Shown here one piece after another: positions 40,752-51,157 of a DNA stretch of 64,000 nt. The DNA is from Candidatus Poribacteria bacterium. Lineage in GTDB: Bacteria; Poribacteria; WGA-4E; WGA-3G. The stretch covers positions 3,552,001 to 3,616,000 of the forward strand of contig CAXXLX010000001.1 in assembly GCA_963665235.2 (NCBI GenBank). The letters are read 5' to 3'. The translations under genes were made by a program, and so were the position numbers. The notes below the pieces were generated by a model that was given only the letters and a program-made list of their open reading frames with translations, had not been told where the DNA came from and ran no database searches. Every line of letters begins with the position of its first letter. The first letter of the stretch is position 1.

Positions 40752-40840
40752 TAATCTTCATGAAAGCACGCCTACATCGGTTTTTTACACTCCATCAAAA
40801 GACGGTCTCGATTAGGAGCTCGTTCCTAACCAACCCACCC

Positions 40841-43800
40841 CTATTTTGTCACCTGAACTGTTCCGCTTGATGCAACTGCTGCCTTGGAGGGGTCATACAT
40901 AGCCTCTGCAGCAATCGGCGGCACCGTAAATGTGCCTTGCGTTACCACTCTAAGTGGATAGTAGAACTTTTGCTGCTGTTGGTATCGAAGCGAGCCATAC
41001 AGGATAAGTCTATCATCCCGAATGTCTATATAATCGGGTCTGAAGTCTTGCTGTTGCCTTTGTGATGCTTGTCCGCCAGCGGCTCTCGGAGCCGACCTTT
41101 CCCCCCATAGTCCACGTGCGCTAGAGACCAATCTCGGATTCTCGACCTCAAATCCGGCAGGCAACATATCGACGATGACTACGTTCTCCAGGTCGCTTGT
41201 GAGTGCCTTCACACTTATCTCAGCAATTATCAGTTCACCCTGTTGAAAGACGTTTTTGACTCGGGTGCGGTCTGTCGTAAGATAGCGGCGGTTTATCTGC
41301 AACTCACGTCCATATTCCTCAATATAGGAGTCTCTGCTTATCCCGAAAGCCTCCCAATAAAAGTAACAGGTGCCTTTTCCCTGTACCTTAAGTGCTATCT
41401 GTGCACCATCCCAATCCGAGCCGATATGTTGGGCTCCGGTTGAATCGAAGTTAGCGAGATGTTCGCCGTTTTGGCTAATTGTTCCAGTGAATTTCTGATT
41501 CGGTTGTTTTTTCAAAAACTTACCGAGTGCCAGGAAAGCGAAGGCGTTCTCTTGTGTAGTGCCCCACCGTTGTCCTTTGGATGCTGCGTCGGTTAAACTT
41601 TCAACGAGTTTAGGAATTGCGGGGTGGTCGGCCTTAACTTCTATCAGCACATCCAGCATGATGGCTTGTGCGCGAATAGGGGAGTCAAAATTTCGGCCCG
41701 TATCCCGTCGTGCCTCCTTTTCGAGGTCTACGGAGTCAGGCAACATTGAGAGAGCCATCTTGAGATTGCCGCTGAGCGCGAACGCGCCTGCGAGCTGAAA
41801 TTGGCTATAATCATGAAGTTCGCTTAATCGGTTGTTATTGAGATAGTGCATCACAGGTTTTTCAGGTTGCCCGGCTGCTGCCAGTACGTAGCAGGCATAA
41901 GCAGCACGTGATAGGTCATAGCTATCGGCTTTTTCATTTGGTCTGTGAATGCTTCCAGCACGTTTCGCTTGTCGTCTCAACCCTTCCAACATTCTATTGT
42001 AAACAGTTTCAGGGACTTTGTATCCCGCTTTTCGTGCTTCGACAAGAAAGTGAGAAGCGTAGATGCTACTCCAATTATTGATATAGGCTCTTCCTTGCCA
42101 TCTTCCTTGCCAATAAGCGAAGTAGTGTTCTGGTTGTAACATATCCTCCAATTTTGCGATGCCCACGTCAATATATTCGTCAATTTTTCCATCCGCTGCC
42201 AGTGCCGGTTCAACGATACGGGCAAGCTCGCTGAGATGGAGCAGCGTGAAAATCCGGCTCGTTGTTTGCTCCAGGCACCCGTGCGGATATTGTATTAGAT
42301 AGCGAAGTCCACCTGCAAACCTAACGGTGGGAAGCGGTGACACTGTCAGCATAAATTCAGAGGTATCCGCTCGCAGATTTGAGGGGAAGATGAAATCCGC
42401 AGGTTCACCTGCCCTGACAATCCCTTGACCTGTCTTTGTCACAGGCGGTGCCGCTGACCGAAGCGGTAGCTGAACTGGGGCAGATTGTATCTCTTCGCCA
42501 TTGCCAGTAGCGGACAGGTTAAATGTGACAATACCAACAGCATCGTGTGCAATAACGTCAAAATAGAGTTGCCCCTCCTTGTCGGCTGCAATCTCCATCT
42601 CTTTTTGAAGTGAATTTCCTTGAGCGATAACTACATGGTCAATAGAACCGTCTTCCGCAAGGAGCTGGACGGGCCCGCTTGCATCTAATTTAACGGTGAA
42701 ATTACCGCTTTCACTAGTGCCGTTATAAACTGAAATAGGCACGCGAATCCGATCGCCGCCGGAGAGAAAACGTGGGAATGTCGGTGTTAGCACTACCGGT
42801 TCACGCACCTGAATCTGTCCGGTCCCTGAACCGTAATCCGTGCCAGCGAACGCGACCGCCATTATACGTAGTGTGCCATTGAATTGGGGTATCTTAAAAC
42901 GGACACTGCCATCACCATTCGCGTCGGTTGTCATTAAACCTGACCATAGCGACACAGGTTTCACCCGGATTGCACTGCTTCTGTTAATCCGTCGACCCCC
43001 TGCTATACCCGCACCCACATATCCTGTATAGTCACTAATTGCCATACTAGCCCTAGCCTGCATTAATGCAGGCAACCCTTCTTCATAAAGCATCAGAGTC
43101 GTCAAATCGGCGAGCGATTCAATCGGTTTGATAGGAAAGCGATTGCTCTTCATGATTGCGGTGTAAAATTCATTCGCAGAGGTTTCAAGTCTTCTCTGTT
43201 GATAAAAATAAGCGTGTGGTTCAGGCGTTTCTGTGTTTGTCAATTGAAGAATGCCTTCATCAACAGCGGCAATGCTAACTCGGTAAGGTTTCCCTTCGCT
43301 TTCACCACGCACCCGAAACTTTATCTCCACCTCGCGGTGAGAGCGGGTCTGTTTAGGAGCATCTATTTCTACCTGTAGCTTGCGCGGTTCCGCATCGAGT
43401 TTTAAGGGAACAATCCCGAAAGCCCGAGCGGATGCATGTTTGCCCAGGGACGTTGTAGAACGGATTAGTAGGGCAGAGAGATAAACGTTTGGTGCGTAGG
43501 TGTTCTTAACCGGAATTGTCACCGCTGCCGTGCTGTCTTTCACCATGAATGTCTGATAACTTAACACCTTCTCCTGTTCAATTGTTAGCAGCACCTTACC
43601 GGGGAAGGGGGCTTTAATATGCAACTTCGCCGCTTCTCCGGGACGATACGCGGTTTTATCAAGTGTCATCTCAAGCTTCTCTGGACTTTCCCCTGACCAA
43701 GGCACGCCGCCCCATTCGGAAACAAAGAATTGCATTGAAACTTTTGCACCGCTCTCAACATCCTCGATCGCTACACGATGGACACCATACGCGGTCGGGG

Positions 43801-46387
43801 TGAAACTGAAATTTGCTATTTCCGCCGTTGACGTTAAAGTATAGGATTCCAACTCTGTAGCTATAGGTGAAGAGCGTTGCCTGCTTCTTCGCGACTGGGA
43901 AATAGCAGAAATTGTCGCCTTTAAAGTTCGTCCGGGGACAGTATTCCCCTCCGGATCAATTGAAATATAGTCAAAGGTGGCCTTTTCATTCAATTTGACT
44001 GTTCCCGATTGTGGACGTTTGAGCCCGACATAATGGGAGTACGGATGAACAGAGGCCCATTTTGAATTAGTGACCGAGCGTCCGCCGGGTTCTTGGACAG
44101 TCGCGCCAATATTAACATTGAGTGAAGAGGGCGGTTTCAGGCCTTCAGGAAGTGTAATCTGATATGTAGCTTTTCCATCTACATTCGTTATAGCTTCGTC
44201 AAGGCTCACGCCATCGTGTTCAAAAGTGCGCGTTGGATCGGAGAAGGTGAACGAACGCCACTTCTCAGGCGGGGTATAAGGCACTGCTTGAAGAGCGTAA
44301 TAGGCACTAACTTTTCTACCTACTGCTGGGGTACCGAAGAGATTCATCGCCTTAACCTCCAAATTAATCTCGTCGCCCAGCATATAAACGTCCTTATCTA
44401 CCGCTACTGAAACCTTCATCCGCTCGGGTATAAAATCCTCAATTTGAAACGAACCACCCCCAATCTGTTTTTTATCCACCCACATTCTAGCACTGTACGA
44501 ACCTGTTGGTGTAGCGGCGGAGAACGGTATCTGAATTTCACAAGCACCTTCAGGCCCCGTTTGCGTCTGAAACTCTTTGAACACTGAGTCGTAAGGGGTT
44601 AGAATCTCAACACGTATTGGTAGCGAGGCGGGAGCTTTACTGTACTTGTCGCGTACAATTCCTACAAGATTGACCGTTTCACCGGGACGATACACCTTGC
44701 GTTCCGTATAAAGAAATGCCTCATATCCCTCTGTCAAAAAAGGCGCGCCACTAACATTAAACGCACTTGTTGAGAGATGGTACGAGCTCAATTGGAGAAA
44801 GGAGAAATCATCGCCTTTGGAAACAGTAAGAAGCAGTGAGGCATTCGTAAGGAGCGGTGAGGCCTCCTGAGCTATTTTATCAGCACCCGACGAAAATTTA
44901 AGAAAACCCGCAGCATCCGTTTTGCCTGTGAGTAGTGTTTCTTTCTTATCTCTATTAATCAGTTGAACTGTTGCCTCGGAAATCGGGTCTAAAGAATCCA
45001 GTGAATTGACCCAAACCGATAGGACATCGTCAGTTCTTTTCGTGACAATACCTATATCCGTAACAAGAAGCAATTGCTCTATCTGCACATTATGATGATT
45101 CGCGTTAACCATCACTTTGAAAATACCGCCTTGGGCATCACGGAGTGATTTCTTAAGCGGGAATGGCACAATTATCTCTTCATTCAGTCGTGATGCAATC
45201 TCAAGCTCTTCGTTATGGATGAGTATAGGGAGGTCAAAAAAGGAGAGCTTTGCAATACTGAACAGGACGCGGTCTACGTTAGTTGTTGCTAATTTGAGGT
45301 CGGTAGTGCCTTTACGGGGTAGGAAAAGATTTTGATTGGTAAAACGAATCCGTGGCTGTAAATCTGGAATTTCAAACCTTTTAACATAGCTATCTTTCAA
45401 AATCGAACCGGTTTCCGAAACTAAACCGCGTTTAATGTGAACGGTATATGCTGTTCTACACTTGAAATTACCCCGAATTTCTATCGCGCGATGCGTTTCT
45501 AATAATTGGGACGAAACGGATGGGACAATACTTACGTGTTGACGAAAATTTTCAAGTGGAACGTCTGAATTAAACGAGATTGTGATGGTTGGTATGCCAT
45601 CTCTGTCATAAATATTTTCGCGCTCAATGCGGAGTTCGTTAATCTCACCTAACACTATTGGTAAGATGTTCGTCTCTTTAAGCCCAATTTCGGTCCCTGC
45701 ACATTTAAATCCTTTTTTGACCTGCACCCAAAGATATCGCCCTTCAATAACTCGTGAAATATCACTGATTTCTATGAGGGCGGTTTTTGTAATTGCATTC
45801 TGGGGTTGAAAGGTGTAAGGTATTTCAGTCTCGTTCTCCGTTACAATTGAAAGGAATTCCGATAGACCCTCAATATTGACAGCATAGTTAAAGGTTACCG
45901 TCCCAATAGCCTTCGCCTTTTTCAATTCCTTATCGTATTGGAAACCGAGTTCAGCATGTTCTACCTGAAAGGGGGGGGTTGAATGGGTGAACGTTCGCTC
46001 CCCTGTGAGAACAAAATCCGAGGATGGATTCAGTACTGTTGAGAGTTCAAATGTGTAATCAATAGAGGGTGCCAAAGCCTCTTCTAAGAAGAAACCGATT
46101 TGATTAAATCCTACCCACCGTGCTTTTCCTTCAACCGCAGGTGTGACCTTAATGGCATCGCTCGGCAATTCAGTGAAAAGCAATTCGTTGTTAATTACGG
46201 ATTTAGAGAACGTTATCAAAAAATCTGCCGTGCTATGATTATTCTCAATCTCCGCACCGTGTGCGAACGATTGGACACTGAATTCTGTCTGCTTCTCCTC
46301 ATCTGCATCCACAAACCGGACCGGGAAACACACGATGATGGGAAAAATAAAGGTTATAAAACCGATTAAAAACTTTTTGGATACCAT
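40841..46387 (-). CDS. Bacterial alpha-2-macroglobulin (MG2/A2M)
   Basis: YRPGETV, AVDEGIL, thioester YPHGCLEQ, DIRDDR, AEAMY. Confidence 0.95.
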   Translation of the reverse strand: MVSKKFLIGFITFIFPIIVCFPVRFVDADEEKQTEFSVQSFAHGAEIENNHSTADFLITFSKSVINNELLFTELPSDAIKVTPAVEGKARWVGFNQIGFFLEEALAPSIDYTFELSTVLNPSSDFVLTGERTFTHSTPPFQVEHAELGFQYDKELKKAKAIGTVTFNYAVNIEGLSEFLSIVTENETEIPYTFQPQNAITKTALIEISDISRVIEGRYLWVQVKKGFKCAGTEIGLKETNILPIVLGEINELRIERENIYDRDGIPTITISFNSDVPLENFRQHVSIVPSVSSQLLETHRAIEIRGNFKCRTAYTVHIKRGLVSETGSILKDSYVKRFEIPDLQPRIRFTNQNLFLPRKGTTDLKLATTNVDRVLFSIAKLSFFDLPILIHNEELEIASRLNEEIIVPFPLKKSLRDAQGGIFKVMVNANHHNVQIEQLLLVTDIGIVTKRTDDVLSVWVNSLDSLDPISEATVQLINRDKKETLLTGKTDAAGFLKFSSGADKIAQEASPLLTNASLLLTVSKGDDFSFLQLSSYHLSTSAFNVSGAPFLTEGYEAFLYTERKVYRPGETVNLVGIVRDKYSKAPASLPIRVEILTPYDSVFKEFQTQTGPEGACEIQIPFSAATPTGSYSARMWVDKKQIGGGSFQIEDFIPERMKVSVAVDKDVYMLGDEINLEVKAMNLFGTPAVGRKVSAYYALQAVPYTPPEKWRSFTFSDPTRTFEHDGVSLDEAITNVDGKATYQITLPEGLKPPSSLNVNIGATVQEPGGRSVTNSKWASVHPYSHYVGLKRPQSGTVKLNEKATFDYISIDPEGNTVPGRTLKATISAISQSRRSRQRSSPIATELESYTLTSTAEIANFSFTPTAYGVHRVAIEDVESGAKVSMQFFVSEWGGVPWSGESPEKLEMTLDKTAYRPGEAAKLHIKAPFPGKVLLTIEQEKVLSYQTFMVKDSTAAVTIPVKNTYAPNVYLSALLIRSTTSLGKHASARAFGIVPLKLDAEPRKLQVEIDAPKQTRSHREVEIKFRVRGESEGKPYRVSIAAVDEGILQLTNTETPEPHAYFYQQRRLETSANEFYTAIMKSNRFPIKPIESLADLTTLMLYEEGLPALMQARASMAISDYTGYVGAGIAGGRRINRSSAIRVKPVSLWSGLMTTDANGDGSVRFKIPQFNGTLRIMAVAFAGTDYGSGTGQIQVREPVVLTPTFPRFLSGGDRIRVPISVYNGTSESGNFTVKLDASGPVQLLAEDGSIDHVVIAQGNSLQKEMEIAADKEGQLYFDVIAHDAVGIVTFNLSATGNGEEIQSAPVQLPLRSAAPPVTKTGQGIVRAGEPADFIFPSNLRADTSEFMLTVSPLPTVRFAGGLRYLIQYPHGCLEQTTSRIFTLLHLSELARIVEPALAADGKIDEYIDVGIAKLEDMLQPEHYFAYWQGRWQGRAYINNWSSIYASHFLVEARKAGYKVPETVYNRMLEGLRRQAKRAGSIHRPNEKADSYDLSRAAYACYVLAAAGQPEKPVMHYLNNNRLSELHDYSQFQLAGAFALSGNLKMALSMLPDSVDLEKEARRDTGRNFDSPIRAQAIMLDVLIEVKADHPAIPKLVESLTDAASKGQRWGTTQENAFAFLALGKFLKKQPNQKFTGTISQNGEHLANFDSTGAQHIGSDWDGAQIALKVQGKGTCYFYWEAFGISRDSYIEEYGRELQINRRYLTTDRTRVKNVFQQGELIIAEISVKALTSDLENVVIVDMLPAGFEVENPRLVSSARGLWGERSAPRAAGGQASQRQQQDFRPDYIDIRDDRLILYGSLRYQQQQKFYYPLRVVTQGTFTVPPIAAEAMYDPSKAAVASSGTVQVTK

Positions 46388-46449
46388 GGAATACCTCCTA
46401 AAGAGTTGGGTGTGCTAAAAGCTATCTGTTGTCCTGTCGCAAGATTTTG

Positions 46450-46465
46450 TGCAAGTTTTATGCCA
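46450..46465 (-). promoter_or_regulatory. Sigma54 promoter of alpha-2-macroglobulin
   Basis: TGGCAT-AAAAC-TTGCA on the minus strand. Confidence 0.72.
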
Positions 46466-46468
46466 ATA

Positions 46469-46565
46469 TTGATAAGTGCTTATGATAGTAGGATATAGAG
46501 GGAACTCTAGCGGGCGAGGGGACCTCGCCCCTACGAGGTTTAGTGCTAAATTTGCGTCTGTTCTG
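46469..46565 (-). mobile_element. Degenerate MITE B copy
   Basis: Reverse complement matches GCAAATTTAGCA..CCTCGTAGGGGCG..CGCCCGCTAG. Confidence 0.65.
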
Positions 46566-46736
46566 TTTAACATTATACCACAGCCTTATTTATTATTTGG
46601 GGAATTTTTAAAAAATTCGCTGATGCTGCACGAAATGGGGCAGTTATTTTCAATTATGTCCCGTTTCGTGCAGTTAACACGTACGCTAACCCTTCTGAAA
46701 CCCCCAATATCTCTTATGTCATTGATATGATTAAGG

Positions 46737-46752
46737 TGGCACGGAAATTGCA
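46737..46752 (+). promoter_or_regulatory. Sigma54 -24/-12 promoter
   Basis: TGGCAC-GGAAA-TTGCA. Confidence 0.82.
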
Positions 46753-46791
46753 TGTATTATGCTGAATAAGGCTAACAAGTAGGAGTTTATC

Positions 46792-47045
46792 GTAAAGATC
46801 ACCCAGCTAAAGCTTGGGTGCTTTGACACAGCGTAGCCACACACGTTCCCTGTCAAGGATTAAGTTCTTCACTACAGTAATATATCGGGTATTCTGAGCG
46901 TGGCAGCTCATAAGATGTCTCGGATGCTCCCCAAGTCCGACCCCTCTCTGAATACCTGATCTGGATGGGGAAATATACAACCTCTCGGAAGTAAAACAAA
47001 TGACTTACGGTCATCCGTTTTACTTCCGTAGGGAGATTACAAACT
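46792..47045 (+). ncRNA. Putative omegaRNA scaffold (boundaries approximate)
   Basis: ~250-nt structured leader before isrB; CGGATGCTCCCCAAGTCCG motif; long hairpin 46986-47028. Confidence 0.7.
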
Positions 47046-48098
47046 ATGTTTGTTCCGGTTCAAAGCAAGTCTGGCAAACCCTTAATGCCGACACATTCTA
47101 ACAAAGCGGGTGTGCTAATCAAAAAAGGATTGGCAACACCCTATTGGCGTAATGGTATCTTTTGTATTCGGTTAAACTACGAGACGAAAGAACACACACA
47201 GAAAATCTGTGTGGGCGTGGATCCTGGTTCCAAGAAAGAAGGCTTCACGGTGAAGTCTGAGGCTCACACATATCTGAATGTGCAAGCCGATGCACATAAC
47301 AAGGTTGGAAAAAAAGTTAAAAAAAGAGGTATATTGAGACGGGGTCGTAGAACCCGGAAATGTCCAAACCGGAAACATCGAACAAATCGAGTAGCGAAGA
47401 AAGAACGTCTCCCGGCAGGCACCCGTGCCCGTTGGGATTGGAAACTTCGGATATTAGATTGGTTGTCTAAACTCTATCCTGTTACACACGTCTGTGTTGA
47501 GGATATCAAAGCGCGGACTATTGAAAATGCTAAGAAATGGAACACGGCTTTTAGTCCGCTTGAGGTGGGCAAGACATGGTTTTATGGTGAAATAGAAAAG
47601 CGGTGGGAACTGCTAACCCTTCAAGGGTGGCAGACAAAACAGCTGCGTGACAAGCTCGGTTTGAAAAAGTCATCTCAAAAGTTGGCAGAGACTTTTGAGG
47701 CACATTGTGTTGACGCGTGGTGCTTAGCCTACCATACCGTGGGGGGGGATGCGGAAACCGTGGACAATACAGACATATTCTGCATTTCACCGATACCCAT
47801 ACGCAGGCGGGAACTGCATCGGCAGAACCCACAAACTGGGGGAAACAGACCTCGCTATGGCGGAACTGTGCTAACGGATACACTTATCAAAAACACACTG
47901 ATCAAACATGGTAAGCATGGTATCACACGTCCGAGGTCCCACCGAGGACATCCTATTACGGGTATTAATGCGAAAGGGTTGTTTTCTATCTATAGCTTAG
48001 AAGGGGAACGCCTCACAACGGGGGCGAAACGCACAGATTTTCAAGTGCTAACACGCTTGAACTTCAACTATAAAGGCGGATTTTCCTCCCCCGCATAA
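47046..48098 (+). CDS. isrB: IsrB RNA-guided nickase (PLMP, split RuvC, RRXRR, no HNH)
   Basis: KPLMP, VGVDPG, RRGRR, VEDI, HCVDA; 350 aa; no HNH/CxxC. Confidence 0.85.
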   Translation: MFVPVQSKSGKPLMPTHSNKAGVLIKKGLATPYWRNGIFCIRLNYETKEHTQKICVGVDPGSKKEGFTVKSEAHTYLNVQADAHNKVGKKVKKRGILRRGRRTRKCPNRKHRTNRVAKKERLPAGTRARWDWKLRILDWLSKLYPVTHVCVEDIKARTIENAKKWNTAFSPLEVGKTWFYGEIEKRWELLTLQGWQTKQLRDKLGLKKSSQKLAETFEAHCVDAWCLAYHTVGGDAETVDNTDIFCISPIPIRRRELHRQNPQTGGNRPRYGGTVLTDTLIKNTLIKHGKHGITRPRSHRGHPITGINAKGLFSIYSLEGERLTTGAKRTDFQVLTRLNFNYKGGFSSPA

Positions 48099-48128
48099 AT
48101 GCTGGGGGTTTCCAATCCGAAGAACTTG

Positions 48129-49634
48129 ATGATACTTCGAATTCTTCAATTGACCTTTTTAATGGCGGTGTTCTGTGGATGTACCCCGTTTTTGTCACAA
48201 AACGTTGAGAAACCTGGACATGTTGAGAACGATGCAATGACCCCTGACCTAAAAACGATTATCGCCGGGATGCAGCACTATGATGGTTTAATTGCCTCTG
48301 CAACTGGTGAGTTTATCATTGAACGTTACAAACGGGGTGGGGCAGAAACCGAGAAAATTCGATACGCGTTGACGTTCGACGGTGAAAAGGTTCAAATCCA
48401 AAAGAGACGCGGATGGAGCCCTTCGCTTGCAGGAAAAATCCGTGCCATCCGGAAAAAGGTTGTTCCGCTCGTAGGACGTGCTTTTCCCATCGCGGACATT
48501 TACGATGACCAACGGCATTGGAAGATATATAACCGAAAAGAGCCGCTCTTTAGCATTGAGATTCCATCTGACAACGGGAATCTTGGGATAGAGACGATTC
48601 GACAGGCGTTCACACAAAAAGGCGTTGAAATCGGAGACAATATCCGCATCGCCATCGATAAACATATAGATAGTTTCACGCTTACTGATAACGAAACAGA
48701 TAAAACCTACCTTGTTTATCGAGCGGGGGAAACAGGTTGGCAGGTTTATAACCAGCATCTTGAATACACAGAAGCGTACGATGACTCCCAACTCCAATAC
48801 GCCGCTCGACATCAGCAACACACGCTTTATCAACTAGACCCACGATATTGGCTCACTTATCCGACTATTCCTATAAACAGCTATCTAATTGAGCCGATGT
48901 GGCAGCTGCTGAAAAAATATGAGAGTCAACTTTTAGGAACTGAAGTTTTGAATGGCGAACCGACAGCCGTCGTTCAACTCAATTTACCCACTGTTCGTAG
49001 AACGGAAGCCCCACAACATTCACCTTATCAGCCCCTTAAAATCTGGATTGCTTATGAGAAGGGATTCCGGATAGTCAAGTGGGAGCGGACATTTACCGCT
49101 AAAACGTCGGGACCGGGGCCAGGGTTCAAAAAAGGTGTAACCTACACCGAAACGTTGGAATTTGATTATCATGAATATCTGCCGGGCATCTGGTTCCCGC
49201 AGAAGATTGAACGTTCCTTCTCACCAATTAAAGGTGTATTCGTTCCAAAAACCGTCCTTCTCACAAAGCAGTGTCGGTTAAACAGTGATGTCACCGAGTT
49301 ATTCCATTCAGCTCCATCTCCTAGAACGCCGGCGTACGGTAGTTTAAGGACAAACGTTGAAAAACTCGCCGCTTTACATCGGGTATTCCCGCGAGTTCTT
49401 GAACGTCGTGTTGCCGCATTGGAATTGAGTAGGGAAATTGGCGAGGTCCATCGGAAAGACCCGGAACTTACGCTGCTAAGAAAACAAACCCATGAGTTAG
49501 CACGTGACCTGAGGCATGCTATCACGCGGTTCACTACTGCTTATGCTGGGCTTACTCATAATCGTTCGGTTTTTCGCCCAGGGGGGGATTTTCATAAACT
49601 TATGGAGCGAAACCATATCTCCTTCGGCAGATAA
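48129..49634 (+). CDS. Hypothetical lipoprotein-like secreted protein (true start MILRIL at 48129)
   Basis: Signal/lipobox FCGC; original RBS lies on the far side of the IsrB element. Confidence 0.75.
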   Translation: MILRILQLTFLMAVFCGCTPFLSQNVEKPGHVENDAMTPDLKTIIAGMQHYDGLIASATGEFIIERYKRGGAETEKIRYALTFDGEKVQIQKRRGWSPSLAGKIRAIRKKVVPLVGRAFPIADIYDDQRHWKIYNRKEPLFSIEIPSDNGNLGIETIRQAFTQKGVEIGDNIRIAIDKHIDSFTLTDNETDKTYLVYRAGETGWQVYNQHLEYTEAYDDSQLQYAARHQQHTLYQLDPRYWLTYPTIPINSYLIEPMWQLLKKYESQLLGTEVLNGEPTAVVQLNLPTVRRTEAPQHSPYQPLKIWIAYEKGFRIVKWERTFTAKTSGPGPGFKKGVTYTETLEFDYHEYLPGIWFPQKIERSFSPIKGVFVPKTVLLTKQCRLNSDVTELFHSAPSPRTPAYGSLRTNVEKLAALHRVFPRVLERRVAALELSREIGEVHRKDPELTLLRKQTHELARDLRHAITRFTTAYAGLTHNRSVFRPGGDFHKLMERNHISFGR

Positions 49635-49695
49635 ACATAGAAATAGGCGTTAGTCTCTAAAGCGTTAACCAGCATAAATTTAGGGGGGCAACAAC

Positions 49696-50562
49696 ATGAA
49701 AATACCGACAATTTCCATCGCGTCACATCGCGTCACGCGTCTCATTATCGGGGGTAATCCGTATAGCGGCATCTCACACCGCTCCGCCGCGGCGTCGAAA
49801 GCCATGGAGGATTACTATACGACGCACCAAATTATAGCGGACCTCCGGGAAGCGGAACAGAACGGCATTAACACCGTGCTCGCGCGCGCGGATAGGCATA
49901 TCATGCGTACCCTCAACGAATACTGGAACGCAGGCGGCACGCTTCAGTGGATAGCGCAAACCCCCAAGGATACCGAATACGCCAACCTTGACGAATACCT
50001 ACAAATTATTGCACGTTACGCACCTATCGCAATTTATCATCACGGCGGTACTACCGATAAGTTGTATGCCGCCGGACAACTCCATTCGTTGCAAGACAGC
50101 CTCAAACGCATTCGGGACCTCGGCTGTGCTGTCGGACTCGGTACACATGACCCGCACATTCTCAAGTACTGCTACGCGGAAGGATATGACGTTGACTTTT
50201 ATGTGTGTGCATTGTATAATCATACACAGCATAGAGAACTTTATCTGCCGGACGACCGTGATACGGCATTTGCCGCCATCGAAGCGGTACCGCTGCCGAT
50301 AATTGCCATAAAGGTGTTAGCAGCTGGCAGAAATGAACCACGTGAAGCCTTCCAACTCGCGCTTGAAAATATTAAACCGAGTGACGCAATGGCGGTTGGC
50401 ATGTACACACAATTCCATCCCGCTCAGATTCGCCAAAATGCCTCAACCGTCACTAGACTTATCAGGAAATTAGACGATGAACCGAATTGTAGAACCGGAG
50501 GTCATGGATACACAGGAGGCCGCCGAAGCTTACGATGCAATACAACATGGGGAGGTCGATGA
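49696..50562 (+). CDS. Aldo/keto-reductase-like TIM-barrel protein
   Basis: RLIIGGNP, IAIYHHG, IAIKVLAAGR. Confidence 0.7.
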   Translation: MKIPTISIASHRVTRLIIGGNPYSGISHRSAAASKAMEDYYTTHQIIADLREAEQNGINTVLARADRHIMRTLNEYWNAGGTLQWIAQTPKDTEYANLDEYLQIIARYAPIAIYHHGGTTDKLYAAGQLHSLQDSLKRIRDLGCAVGLGTHDPHILKYCYAEGYDVDFYVCALYNHTQHRELYLPDDRDTAFAAIEAVPLPIIAIKVLAAGRNEPREAFQLALENIKPSDAMAVGMYTQFHPAQIRQNASTVTRLIRKLDDEPNCRTGGHGYTGGRRSLRCNTTWGGR

Positions 50563-51130
50563 TGCCTTCGTTACGCGCGCTATTGCACTCGGTGCAAATA
50601 CTGGACGTTTTATAGATGTCGGCACCGGCCCTGCACAAATTCCCATCTTGCTGACGCAACGGTGCCCAAATATCCACATCACCGCAATTGATCTTTCCGA
50701 GGAGATGCTAAAAATAGCAAAGCAGCGCATTGCTGATGCTGACCTCACCGACTGTATCACCCTTGAACGGGTCGACGCAAAAGCCTTACCCTATCCCGAT
50801 AATACCTTTGATGGACTTATCTCTAACAGCATTGTACATCATATCCACGATGCAGTCCGTGTTCTCCATGAGATGGCGCGGGTCGTGAAACCGACCGGTG
50901 CAGTTTTAATCCGCGACCTTATCCGTCCTGAAACGCCAGCGGATGCACAAGCCTTTGTTGACCGTTATGCTGCTGGGGATACGCCTGAGCAACAGAAGCT
51001 GTATTACGATTCTTTCCTTGCCGCGTTCACACTTGCCGAAGTCGATGAGATGTTAGCACAGATAGACATGCCGGGGGCAGTCGTCGTGCAAAGCACCGAT
51101 CGGCATTGGTCCATTGAGCGTGGGGCTTAA
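50477..51130 (+). CDS. Class I SAM-dependent methyltransferase
   Basis: IDVGTGP, IDLS, FDGLISNSIVHH. Confidence 0.92.
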   Translation: MNRIVEPEVMDTQEAAEAYDAIQHGEVDDAFVTRAIALGANTGRFIDVGTGPAQIPILLTQRCPNIHITAIDLSEEMLKIAKQRIADADLTDCITLERVDAKALPYPDNTFDGLISNSIVHHIHDAVRVLHEMARVVKPTGAVLIRDLIRPETPADAQAFVDRYAAGDTPEQQKLYYDSFLAAFTLAEVDEMLAQIDMPGAVVVQSTDRHWSIERGA

Positions 51131-51157
51131 GCACCTCGAGATATTTATAGAACTCTG

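Larger units (their letters stand above)
46792..48128 (+). mobile_element. Non-autonomous IS200/IS605-type OMEGA element (omegaRNA + isrB)
   Basis: Left hairpin CACCCAGCTAAAGCTTGGGTG, right hairpin CCCCCGCATAAATGCTGGGGG; no tnpA in window. Confidence 0.8.

Noticed and set aside
47046-48098. IscB, Cas9 or TnpB assignment
   Set aside because: PLMP N-terminus and absence of HNH or zinc finger fit IsrB
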